Shown here: positions 40,671-52,700 of the stretch, in pieces
How positions within the stretch are numbered: position 1 is the first letter of the stretch
Layout: every line of letters begins with the position of its first letter
Origin: Gnetum montanum
Taxonomy: Eukaryota > Plantae > Gnetophyta
Assembly (NCBI GenBank): GCA_015680685.1
Contig: MNCI01002706.1
Span: forward strand, 737,415-801,414
DNA: 64,000 nucleotides
Direction: 5' to 3'
The notes under the pieces: generated by a model
Told to the model about the DNA's origin: nothing
The model's input: the letters and a program-made list of their open reading frames with translations, nothing else
Databases searched by the model: none
Position numbers and translations under genes: made by a program

Positions 40671-40742
40671 TCAAGAGCCTAATTCAGAATACATATCTGA
40701 TATCGCTTTTGCAAAATATTCCCTAGCTTGAGGTCTTTTAAT
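40671..40742 (-). CDS. LACS6: LACS exon 23 ([23 protein letters not shown])
   Basis: ctgcag acceptor; TGA stop at 40673-40671. Confidence 0.93.
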   Translation of the reverse strand: MKRPQAREYFAKAISDMYSELGS

Positions 40743-43700
40743 CTGCAGCATAGAAAACATGATTCAATGCACACCATGTCATGAACATTCTTTTCAGTTA
40801 AGAATTACCAAAACAGATCTCAAAATTTTTTAAAATGGATAGTACCTTAAATGTTGGCGTAAGAAGATCATTTTCCATGCCAAAAGGCTCAGCCACTAAT
40901 GTAACAGCCTTTGCAAATTCAAATCCTCTTAGCTGTCAAAACCAAAACAAAGGGGTAAGGACGCATTTATAGCATGAGGATATTTGTACTAAAAACTCAT
41001 TAATTTCTCTCTTTCATCTCAGTATTTCAAGCTTTCATTGTTGGCCTTCCTCTTCACAATTCCTGCAAGCCATATCTCCTGAGAATTTTTGCTCCCTACA
41101 ATATGCAATCAAACTAGTTTTAAATTTTTTTAAGCACACCTTAGCAGCCCGTCCAACAGCATCCATGTCGGCTAAAACAAAAGCTCTGGCACTAGCATTT
41201 GCACACAGTTGATTCAAATCTTTATACTGTACCGGGAAAAAAAAGGAATACCTTCAGATTTAATTCTACAAAATTGCTGAAAATTTTTGAAGGAAAAATC
41301 AAATTTCATTTTAAACATAATAAGAAAATATTTTTTAAAGTACAATGTCTTATTTATGAAAGTAACCTTTATTCCATGGGAATCCGCCCAGGCCTGTAAA
41401 ACATCTGGCTCTATAGCAACAATTGCAACTAGTGATGAATTAAAGCTGTCACCTGTTGTTTAAAAAGTATGCGGTAAAATCAGCGTAAGTTTAAAGATTC
41501 ATAAGCTTTATTTTAACTAATAGGTGTAAAACGGTAAATATATCTCACCATATACAAAACACTGAGCAACATATTTGCTCTGCACATAAACATTTTCAAT
41601 TTTTTCTGGAGCAATGTATTCTCCTTGTGCCAACTTAAAGATGTTCTTTTTTCTGCAATCACGAAATGTAACAAGTCAAACAGCAGGGAGATTCAAAGTC
41701 AAACGCCAAGGGCAAAATTCCGAGTTATAACCTTTACATGTATATACCCTCCCAAGTGATCACTATCATGCTCAGTTGTGTTGATATGAAAGACGAAAAC
41801 AGAATAATAAATTATCAGGCTCAACTTAACAATCATGGGTGCAAGTCCGGGCAGGCTTCCCCTACCAATAAGTACTTCGTCAATTGTTACTGTTTCTGTG
41901 CCTATTGTGTTAGAAATAATGTAAATGTGCACCTCCTCACCCCTTCCTCTCTATTTCCTTTGATGTTAAGTGGAAAGTACTAGTAGTCTTTCTTCTCATG
42001 TTGGTGTGTTGTCCTTGGTGTACTAGGTACTAGTGTTTTGTTTGAAGAAAAAAAGGTCTTAGAAGATTAGTGATGGAGCAAATTGCTAAAAAGATCAAGG
42101 AGCCAAGAACCTTCATGTGCAGTTCATGCTCCAAGAGGCAAAATCCTTTACAAAAAAATATAAATAGGGGTGAACCCATCCCATTGTAACTTGCCTTACT
42201 TTTGCATCTTAATTGAAGTGAATAGAAGCTCTCCCTTCCTTTAAGTCTTGAGTGTTCTTGTGTAAGCTTTGTGTGATTAGGGAAGCTCTCTTAGCTTTCT
42301 CCTTTCTCTTTCCTTGCAGTATAGCTCTCTCAATTTAAGGAGTAAATCCCATTTTATGGGTTCTTCTCCCAAGTTATTGCAAGCTTTTCTCTCATAGTTT
42401 CTCACAATTTATGCATTCTCACATGGATGTTTTAATGTCAAGTTTTCTCAGGTTTCTGAAGTTATATGCATGTTTCCTCATGTTTCTAGTGAAGATTTGA
42501 AGAATTTAAAAGTAGTTTTATGCTTTAATTCAAGAGATTCACTCCCCATTTGTAGGTTCAAGGAAATTTCTCTCTATTTTCATGTTCATGTTCATGGGTT
42601 TCAGTCCTTTCATGTTACTTGGATGTAAAAGCAAATAAATCTATTTACATGCGCTTATTCCAAACTTCTTTAGCTTGTGAGAGTCCTTCCTCATGTTTGC
42701 CTCAAGTTTCTAAAAGCATTTGAAACCATTTAAGTGTGGATTTAAAGAGTTCATGCACATTTATGGTGGCTTTGTGCATTTTTTGCACACATAAGTTGAA
42801 TTCAAGGCTCAATCTATGTTTATCTTCTAATTCAAGCTTGACTCACCATGTTTGGAGGCTGTAAAACATATTTCTAATTTTTGTTTCCATGTTTTGAACC
42901 TCAAGTTTGCTCAGGTTGTGTTCAAAATCTCGTTTCAGTGTCATTCTGTGTGATGTGGACATCAAACAGGCTAATGTACCATCTCTCCAATGATGGGACC
43001 TTTCCCTTGAGTTTTGGCATGTTTGGAGGTTCTTTTGGGCTGTTTTGAGATGCTCAGGTGATTTCGAGACTCACTGGAGACTTGTTGAAGGTGTTTGGAG
43101 GTCTAAGATCTCAAGACAAGCTTATTTCTTTGGAGCTTTGGTAGATAAGACGTCCCAGCCTGATTCTAGACATCTCAATTCTTTCCTAACATCTTAGCAG
43201 AAGCCAAGACATCCCATGTAAGACATCTCACATCAAGTCAAGACATCTCCTCTGCAAACAACTTTTGAGCAAGATGTCCCATTCTCCTCCAAGACGTCTC
43301 ATATGGACATGAGACAATTTCCTACAGATTTTTAAAGATTTAAATTTTGAATTTCAAAAGGGAAGATGAAGAGACATGGGGGAAAGGTATAAATAGACCT
43401 CTTGATCCTTCATTTTGACTAAGAGAGTCTAGGGAGAAAAGAGGTGAGTTGAGATAAGAGAGTAGAGAGATAGAATCTTGGCTAAGTGTCTTGGTTATCA
43501 TCCTTGTGAGTGTGATTTCTTTGTTTGAGTGTGGTGTGAGAATTGGATTGAATCTCATCTGTCATTGGGAATATGTGTTTCCTTTTTGCTGCAAATTTCT
43601 TATTTGAACAAGAATAAAGCTTTCATTTCCTTTTCTTGTTCAAAATTGTTGTTTTTGACATTGAGAGAGCTTGGATTGTGGAATCCAAGGATGCTCCTCA

Positions 43701-46700
43701 TCACTCTATTTCCTGCAAGACCACCACTTTACCACCTCTTGTGGTAAACACACACACATTTCCAAGTGACCACAACCTCACCACAACCCATGTTGCATAA
43801 CCACCACCTTACCACAACTCGTGGAAGAAGACTACAACTCATGGTCTACTTGTGATATGTTTTTTAAATAGTCCTATGACTCATGGTCTACGCATGAGAC
43901 AAATTTGAAATACAAGGAGGCACCATGGAGGCCAAAACATTTATCATGATCTGACCACAACCCATGGCCAGCTCATAGTACTCACAGAGTTCATTTCCTC
44001 TACGTTTTTATCAGACCACAACCCATGATGGCTCATGATATAACAACATGACTTGACCATGAGCCGTCGTCAGCCACCACAACTCATATTGCAGCCACAA
44101 ACTCCCAGCAACTCATGGTCAACTCATGGTGGCTCAAATCAACTCCAAGGAAGATAAAACTTCCACCATAGCAAACTCAGAGGGACCTTATTCTGCTGCC
44201 GGCCTCTAACATGTTGTAGGCTATTTTCTTGCTTGAATAACAATGCAGAAATGATTATCTATCAAAACAACATTAAATTATTCAAAATGACATCAAGATG
44301 AGAAACACCAGCTTGTATTTCTTTCAAAGGCAACAAGAACCGAAAAAAAAAAAACAAATTCATTTTTTCCTTTATGAGAGCATTCTCATATTCAGCAGCG
44401 TGATTATGTAGACATTATTCATTTTTCATTTATTGCTCAAAAATTTAAAAGCTTATTTCAAACTTATGCAGATTTAAGATGAGCCTAAATCTGTATCCTA
44501 TGTGTTAGCCATTTCATAAAAATTCTAGACTTGCACTCTGCAATCCTCCAATAGTGTTTCAATTCCTTTAACTGGTTGTGTTTAACTGTGTATACACTCA
44601 TCAGTTATCTTCATAGTTCAAAAATTCGAACAGTTCCTGCACATGGCTCAAGTTTTGATAAAAAAAGAGAAAATTTATAGAAAGATTTCAATCCTTTCAT
44701 CCACTTGAACAATCACTTTAGTGTGAAATCCCAAAGTTATGCACTCAGAACAAATGAATCGATAAGAAATTAACAATGTATGAATAACAGAGTTACCTTA
44801 AAAGCAATGAAACAACAAAATATCATAGTATCATATTTAAAAATAATGTATCATTCACCTGCAGATGAACATATTCTTCTGTGCGACACTTCAAACAGTT
44901 TTAGAAGGGTAAGTGAACCTGCCCAAACTTGAGTCCAGGCAGGCTTACCCCTGATAGTTAAGTTGGGCCGTAGTAATTTATGTTCACTGAAATTCATGAA
45001 AATTAAAATATATTCTTTTCCTAAGTCTCTACTCGTTTAATCAAGATTTGTTAAAGTAAAGAAAGCAAATACCAGAACCAGTGGCAAACGATGCTTCTTA
45101 TTTTGCTATCGTTTACAATTTATTACTGAACCAGAAATTTCAACGCACAGTTAAAGCATAAAAGTGATAAATACGGTTATGGAATAAGGATGATCACCTG
45201 TCAATAATCTTCAACTGTCCATCAGGTAACCAAAGACCGATATCTCCAGTATGAAGCCATCCTTCATCGTCAATTATTTCTTTCCTGGAATTATGAATAT
45301 AATTCCGTTAACCATATATTAAAGGAGGACGCTTTACAAAGATGGAAACACCTAATCTTGAAAGAAGCTAGATACTGCTTGTAATCAAAGGAAATGAAAC
45401 TTGGAGCGCAGGAATATTACGTCTGAATTTCATCTTTAAAGTATCCCTTGAAAACAGTAGGCCCCCTAACACAAATTTCACCACGGGGAAAGGGTTTGTC
45501 ATCGCTTTTATAATTCATTTCTTGGACATCTTCCAGCTTCACTTCTGCAAGATATTTAAAAACTTTATGTTAACCCACTATGAAATGTATAAAAACAACA
45601 CAACACTGCAAGAGATGCACACGTACCACATGCAGGATTTGGTGACCCTACATGACCGGATAACATATCACCATCATCAGCAAGAGTAACGCTACAAGCG
45701 GCCTCAGTCATCCCATATCCCTCTGAGACTCTCCCACCAAAACAGCTGCAAATAAAAACAGAACTAGCTATAAGACACACACTGCCAACATCTCAGAGAT
45801 TATTGAAAGAGCATGAATTACTCAATGCCCAAGATTGGAAAGCATACACTCTTAGAAAATCCATAACTTCAGAAGATAATGGTGATGCGCCCGATATCAT
45901 CATCCGGACACGACCTCCCAGTCTTGCTTTAATTCTATTAAACACCAATCTGTCCCAAATTGGAGAAGGAACTTTTCCTGCAATGGGAGAAGTAGAAGCT
46001 CAATTCAATCAAACGCATATAGAAAGTTCAAAGAACACACAGTTACTATGCAGAAATAAATTGTTTAGTTTCGAAAGTAAATAAAAAGCATACTCTACTT
46101 TCAACTTAGGTATTTAAAAATATTTTTATGGGACTAAACAGGTTCCTCTTAAGAGGAAAAAGCCTTAGCAGGAGTCTTTAAAAGCATCGTTACTAAACAT
46201 CTTTAATGCATATACTAATGTATGATAAAAACATACCATTGAGAATAGCTTGTTTTTTAGCATTAAAAGCAGCATTAAAAAGCCTTTCACGGATTCCACC
46301 AGATGTTCTTACAGCATTCAAAATTCTGTTTGACCAAAATAGTGAGCAGGTCAATGTATAAACCGTTGATGCAATCTGAAAACTTTATAGGTTGGAGTTA
46401 AAAAACTTAAATTAAATTTCATTTTAATGACAGTTTTCCTTTATAATACATACCCTGAATGGATCCGATTAAAAAGTCGAGGCACACTTACAAAAATTGT
46501 TGGCCTCAATACTGAAATGTCATCCAATAACTTCATATGATCCTGTAAAATTATTTGCCGATCAGAACAGCCCTCAGTGACTCCATAAAGAGAATCATAA
46601 ATTCATAATTATAGCACTGCACTGGCAGAGATCCTATAGGACTTTCATTGTCTTATTCAAATTTCCACAGCTTTCATCACATTGTATTCTAAGTATACAG

Positions 46701-49700
46701 AACAATTGTTTTGATCTGAAATTCAAAACATGCTGTAAGATAATCAAGCGCACGTTTTAAGTACCCTCAGAAAGAATTGCTTTTTTACTTGCACATTTGA
46801 ATTTTAAAAATTCTTTATTAGAAGAAAAGAAACAAAAATATTCATCTACATTGTGTAGTTCTTCTATAGCACACTTACATTCCAGACAACGGAACATGCT
46901 TTTAAACATCGAGAATTGATCACTTAACTTCCAAAGTAGAAGAGGAGAAATACACCAGTATCAGGATTGATGATGAGTAACAAGAAAACGTAACTATGGA
47001 GTGCAAGTTTCAGAAACAGTGCTATGGAAGAACAAAATTGATAAAATTGAGAAACAAAATTGGGGAAAAGGAGGCCAATCATGCAAAAGGATAGACAGAT
47101 TGTGAGAGATGTCCCAGGGCGGTGGTTCTCCTAGGCTGTCCCCATGGTTTGGGGGCCATGGAACACTTTGAGGCACCCTCAGGTGACTCAAGTGTTAGAA
47201 AACCCATCCTGGCTTGGCAGTACCAAGCTAGCAACAGGACACCCACCTGTTGTAACTCTCTTCTAAGTCCTCTTCATCTCCCCCCCTCACCGTGGAGAAC
47301 TACATGGCCCTGATTCTATGGCAGTCGTAGATATGTAGGCAGCCAAGATTGGATAGTTTTGGTGCAGTGACAAGCCACACCTTGTACCAAATCGTGAGGG
47401 ATTTGGGGGTGAGGCACCTTCCCTTGTAGGTGCATCGTTTCCCCTCCCACCGATGTTGTCTACAAGGTTGTGTGTGTGCTTGTTTGCATGGTCCTCGTTT
47501 TGGAGTTGGTTACCCTCTATGAGGTGCGTTGCCATATATGTTAAGAAGTTGTGATTCTACTTGCACTCACTCTTGAGTTGCTTGCTTGCTTGAGCCATAT
47601 TCCCTAGGTCTTCCACCCTAGATCCATTGGATCTTAAAGAATTCATTGGGGTGCCAGACAACATCGAGGCAACATTGTTACAGATGGTATCGAAGCGTTT
47701 TTGAAATTGTGTTGTGATATGCATGTGCATTGAGGTTGTTTGATTAATGGTCCCTTCAGATTGATACCTGGGTGATCTAGGATCATATCCTCATATATTC
47801 TTTGAAGAGTTGCCTTATGGCAATGCTTTATGCTCTTCATGAGGGGACAAATGTTAAATTGTGAGCAATTGCTGTATGTTGCTCACCTTGAGGATGTAAA
47901 CGATTGCATTGTGGTGATGTTCTCCACTTGTTTACTTGTGGTTGGACTAGTTGTGATTGTATGTGAAATGGTAGAGAGGAGTTCTATTAGCAACTCAAGA
48001 ATTTTGTTGCTCAAGGAGCTCTCGTCTCTGGTCTCCAGTGATTCATCTGGGATGAATCAGACCAAGTCTCCACTTCGGTTTCCACCCAGATGACATGTTT
48101 CGAGATGGCATTTGTTGAATTGTGTAGGATAGGATATCCTTGCACTCCCACTCACCCTAGATACAGTGAGTGTGGGAAAATACAAATTGGGACAAGATGG
48201 TTCCCAGGTACCTCAGGATGGAGGTCTTTCGGATAGGTGCTCTTGGCGAGCCTTGTTCTGGGTGGATTGAGACCATTGCCGGTAGACTCTGTACGCTCGT
48301 GTTTGCAATTGTATGTTTGTCTATTTGTATATGCGTGTCTTCTTGGTTGCGCTTTCAAATTCTGCATGCATGTTATCTTCGTCGTGTCTATCGTTCGTAA
48401 TGCAAGGCTTGGTGTTCTACACGGTATGATGACTTATTGTTGGGAACGTTGAGGATGCATTTTGAGGCCATTTGTGTCATCCCAAAGATAAATGTTTGTT
48501 GTCTTGTTTGACAACTTGTGCGTGAGGCATGATTGCCCTTGTTGTTGATCCTTGCGAGTTGTGCTCCCTTATTTGAGCTGGTTGTGTTGCCCTTGGGTTT
48601 GTGGCATCACTCTTTTGATTGGTAACATTTCTTGGTCACCTTGATTCGAAGACTACTGGTGTGGGTCATCCTATGGTTGGTTCTTGTTGAGACCGCACCT
48701 CTTTTGATGAGAGTCTTCTTGTGGGTGCATCCTTCGTGATGTTGCTTGTCGTTGCGAGAATTGGTTTTATGTAGACTTGTTGTTTGAGAGACCTCGGTCT
48801 TCCACCTTATTTTTGAGTTGAGATGATGATTCCCTATTGCCCATGCCTCATATGATTGTGCTGAGATTTTGATCCTGGTTGAAACCAATGTTAGTTGCTG
48901 GGAATGATTGTTGTGTATGAATCTTGGAATTCTGAGAGTGTGCTATCTCTCTCTTGGTGTGTCTCATGATGAAATCATTTGTTCGAGTGGGGATCTAATT
49001 CATCCATCAATGTTTTGCATGATTGATCTCTATGCATGTTGCTAAGGTCCTGATTTTTATGATGTGCAAGAGTGATATTACTTTGTTATATGATCATGTT
49101 TGATGGTTGTGTATGAGGATGATGTGATGATCGTGTTCCTGCTAACTTCTATGTTTCTGAGCTTTTGTCTCAGTGTTTGCAGGTAGCACAAGTACAAAGA
49201 TGTAGCCAGTGGTGACCTCAGTTGATTTTGTGAGCACTATGTCTATGGGGAAGATATGTGCTCTTGAGACCTTCATGAATTGATTATTTGGTCTCAAAAT
49301 CCCAACATTGGGTTGCGGATTTATCAGTACCTTGGCTATGATGGATCAACAGGTACATTATGATTTGTTTGCCTCTCCGTGCTAGGTGAGCACTAATAGA
49401 GGACGGGGATTAGTCCTAGACCATACAGATATTGGGCTAGCAAATGGCATGAAAAGGTATCCTTGGCCATGCCAAATACTAATGGCCCAGGAGTGGCCAA
49501 TGCATTGAGGTCCCACTATGGCAGGGTGGTGGATACTCAGTTGGCGTGTTTCGTTATTCGATTGTTGCATTCGTGTCTCAAATTGTTTTCGTTCGATGGT
49601 AGCCATGCAGTGGGTTTAGTGCGATAGTCGATCATGTACGTTTTGAGACAATGGAGCAGTGACAGATGATCGTTTATGCTTCATGACAGAGACAGGTTTT

Positions 49701-52700
49701 TCTCAAAACAGCATGGTTCTTTCATGGTATGCTCTTGGTGGCCTAAATCCTTCAGCCTAGGATGGGCTTGGGTAGTTCATCCTATAGCCTTTTAGGCCTG
49801 GGTAGCATTCCCAAATACCATGTATGTTCCCATATAAATGTGTTCCTATCCCCAAGTGTGTGAAATGTATCCTTGTGATATTCTCAATTCGACTGTATGC
49901 ACTCAAAAGTGCTACATGTATTGCCCTATGTGACTCAATTGTCTCCTGGTTGTAGGCCTATGCCACACCCTGTGGCAAGGCCAACCTTGATGTATGGTGT
50001 TTTTCCTAGTGCTTGTTTTGAAGCACCCTTGCTATATGTTGTAAATGGCCTTTGTACCTTGATGTATAATTCTGTTGAAAACCTCATGAGAAATTCTTAG
50101 TTGCGATACAGTGTTGTAACGAACGGACCAGGGCATGTCCTTGCCCATTGTGCTCTTGAATCGGTGCCATGTGTTCTTGGTGATGTTGGCATGCCTAGAT
50201 GGTGTGTGCTTTGGTGAACGTACTTGAGACAGGACAAATCTTAGGAACACTTTCCCTTGTGTTCCTAGACTGGCAAAGATCTTGTCCACAGATGATTATC
50301 AATGGTGGTATGTAGCCTAAAATACAAACAAATTGGTTCGATGTGCTTGATCTTGATAACGGGTGCTTCACTATGGCCATGTGAATTACAATGGCAGACA
50401 AAAATTTAATTCAATGTGATGCTGCAATGTCTAGTTGTGGAGTAGAGTTGAGTTCTAGTATTGGCACCTAGACTCACTCTTCCATGATGGATGCGATCGT
50501 GGAGCAGCTTTGCAAATGTTGGGATGGTGGTCCATCCTTGAATAAATGATGTTACAGATACAGAAATTGTGACTTCTTTTGGTGGCCTTGCTTGGTGGGC
50601 TTGAATATGCTCAAAACAATTGAGCCTATGCTCTCAGGATTGGGGGGCTTCTAATGATTGTGCATGTGGGCGTGCTTTCATGACAGATTGTTTTTGGTGC
50701 TTCTGAGGGCTATGGTGCGCTCTCATGGCTTGGGACTTATTGGTCCTTTCGTGGTCTATGGTGTGATTCCATGAGAGGGGACTCATTGTGCCTAATAGGC
50801 TATGGTGTCTTGCCAAATTTTTCTGTGTGCTCTGTCCCTTATGTACACTGATGTATCACACAGTCCCTCCCTAATGTATTGTCCCATGTCTCTGGTGTAA
50901 TGTTAATTCATGTTGGTGTTCTCACCTCCCTGGTGGGATAGTAGAGTTGAGCATGATATTACTTGGTGAATCTGTAATTCTATGAGGGGTCATTCTCCAT
51001 TCAGATGGATGCCCTCTTTAGTTCCTGAAATAATAAGGCAGGTGGTATTGAGACGGTTGTCTCCTATTTGGGACCTAGAAGTAGTTTGGGACTTGTTCCT
51101 AGCAGTTGCCCCATGTTCGTGAACTCTTGGGGTTTGTTTTCAGACAGAATGTTGTTACCTGGGTGAAATTCAGGGAACCTCCTTTGTGAGGCCACGCTGT
51201 TGATGTTCGTTCTTGTAAGCAAGGCATGATCTTATGTACTCACTTGGCTTTTGGGGGCTTCAGAGGAACTTCCTTGTTGGGGTTCTTTGGTAGACCACCC
51301 TTATTGTAAACCCTTCGGGGATGAATCGTGTAGTGTTTTGAGTTGTAACTGATGTTGGTGAAGCCCATTCCATGTAAAACTATCTTGAGGACCCAGTCCT
51401 CCTATGGGCAAAATGTTGTTGTTGACTTGTGTCTATCATTTGGGTTGAATGATAATAGGTAGTGGTGCGGCCTTGTCCACCACAATTGATGTAAACGGGC
51501 TCAACTGGGATGTATGAAACAAAAACCCAAATCTCCCAAGATGAAACAGAAATCCCTCTTGATAAAATCTCAAAGCGATGAACTGCTTGGTGTCTCAAGT
51601 TGTTCTCAAGGTGAAATTGAATTTGGGTAAGACTTGTGAACCCATGTCTTCCCTCAGCTAGTGACAGTGACAGTTCAACAATATGGTTCTGCTGGCTATA
51701 TTGACTACTTGGGCATGTATTATGGGTAAGGTGTAGCTGGGCTGCTATACTTACCTATGGAAGAAACCTCCCAAAGAGGATCCTTCCTTCAAGTGCAAAA
51801 ATCTAATGAAAGGTGTTGATCATGAGATTGGCACTTGTTCTTGATATAGTGGGGAAATTCAAATTTTGGGAACCCCAATGTTCCTTGGAGAATTCATGAT
51901 CTGGTTGCTCTTAGAGGTGACTCTATATTCTTTCCTGGACCTAGTGTTCAGAAAATGGTGCTTGTCCCATAACTTGGAGTGGGAAGGATAGCTTGTATGT
52001 AGCAAGTGCGGTTGATCCTTCTCCATGAATGGGATATTATGGTGTCATTCGATGATGTGCTTACAGTTGACATGAGGTAGGTGTATGGAGGATTGTCATG
52101 GGGTTGGCTGCCCAATAGATCCTCCACTTGTTCTAACATTCAAGTAGGCATTCTCGATGTTGGACAATCACAAGAGGTGCTGATGATAGTTTGGACTTGT
52201 TGTTTGATAGCCTCTTGGAGATGTTTCCAAACAGATTTTTGGATCTTTTCTCTCGTTGTGGCTATGGATTGCTGTTGGATGGTGAATTGAGGCATGCGAT
52301 GTTGGTGTCTACGGATGGCAAGGTCAAGCTCAAAAGATCTACCCTTGTACCTTGTTTGGAAGGGAGAACATGCTTGACTCCCTTCATGCAAGCTTGAACA
52401 AACATGATGAAAAAAAATGTGCATGGTACCGATGCACGTGGAATCAGTGCTTAGATGGTTGCACTGGTGAGACCCCATGGGTCTAGATGTGAGTAGCAAA
52501 ACATGGAGTTCTGGCAAGCGTGAGTTGCTTGCGGAGACATGGCTCTTCGGAGCATGTCCTCCCTCTCGGTTTGATGTTCCCAAGTCCCTCACCATGGGTA
52601 GTGGCCCTAGTGAGCCCTCAAAAAAAAATCAATGGGTACTGAGATGCCATTCACAAAGGAACTTAGCGGGACTTGCAGAAGAAAAGTTGTCTTTTTGCAT

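Noticed and set aside
40600-40673. Cryptic PTS1 by stop read-through or frameshift
   Set aside because: Translating just past the TGA gives no SKL-like terminal tripeptide (the nearest alternative-frame end is VRR*).
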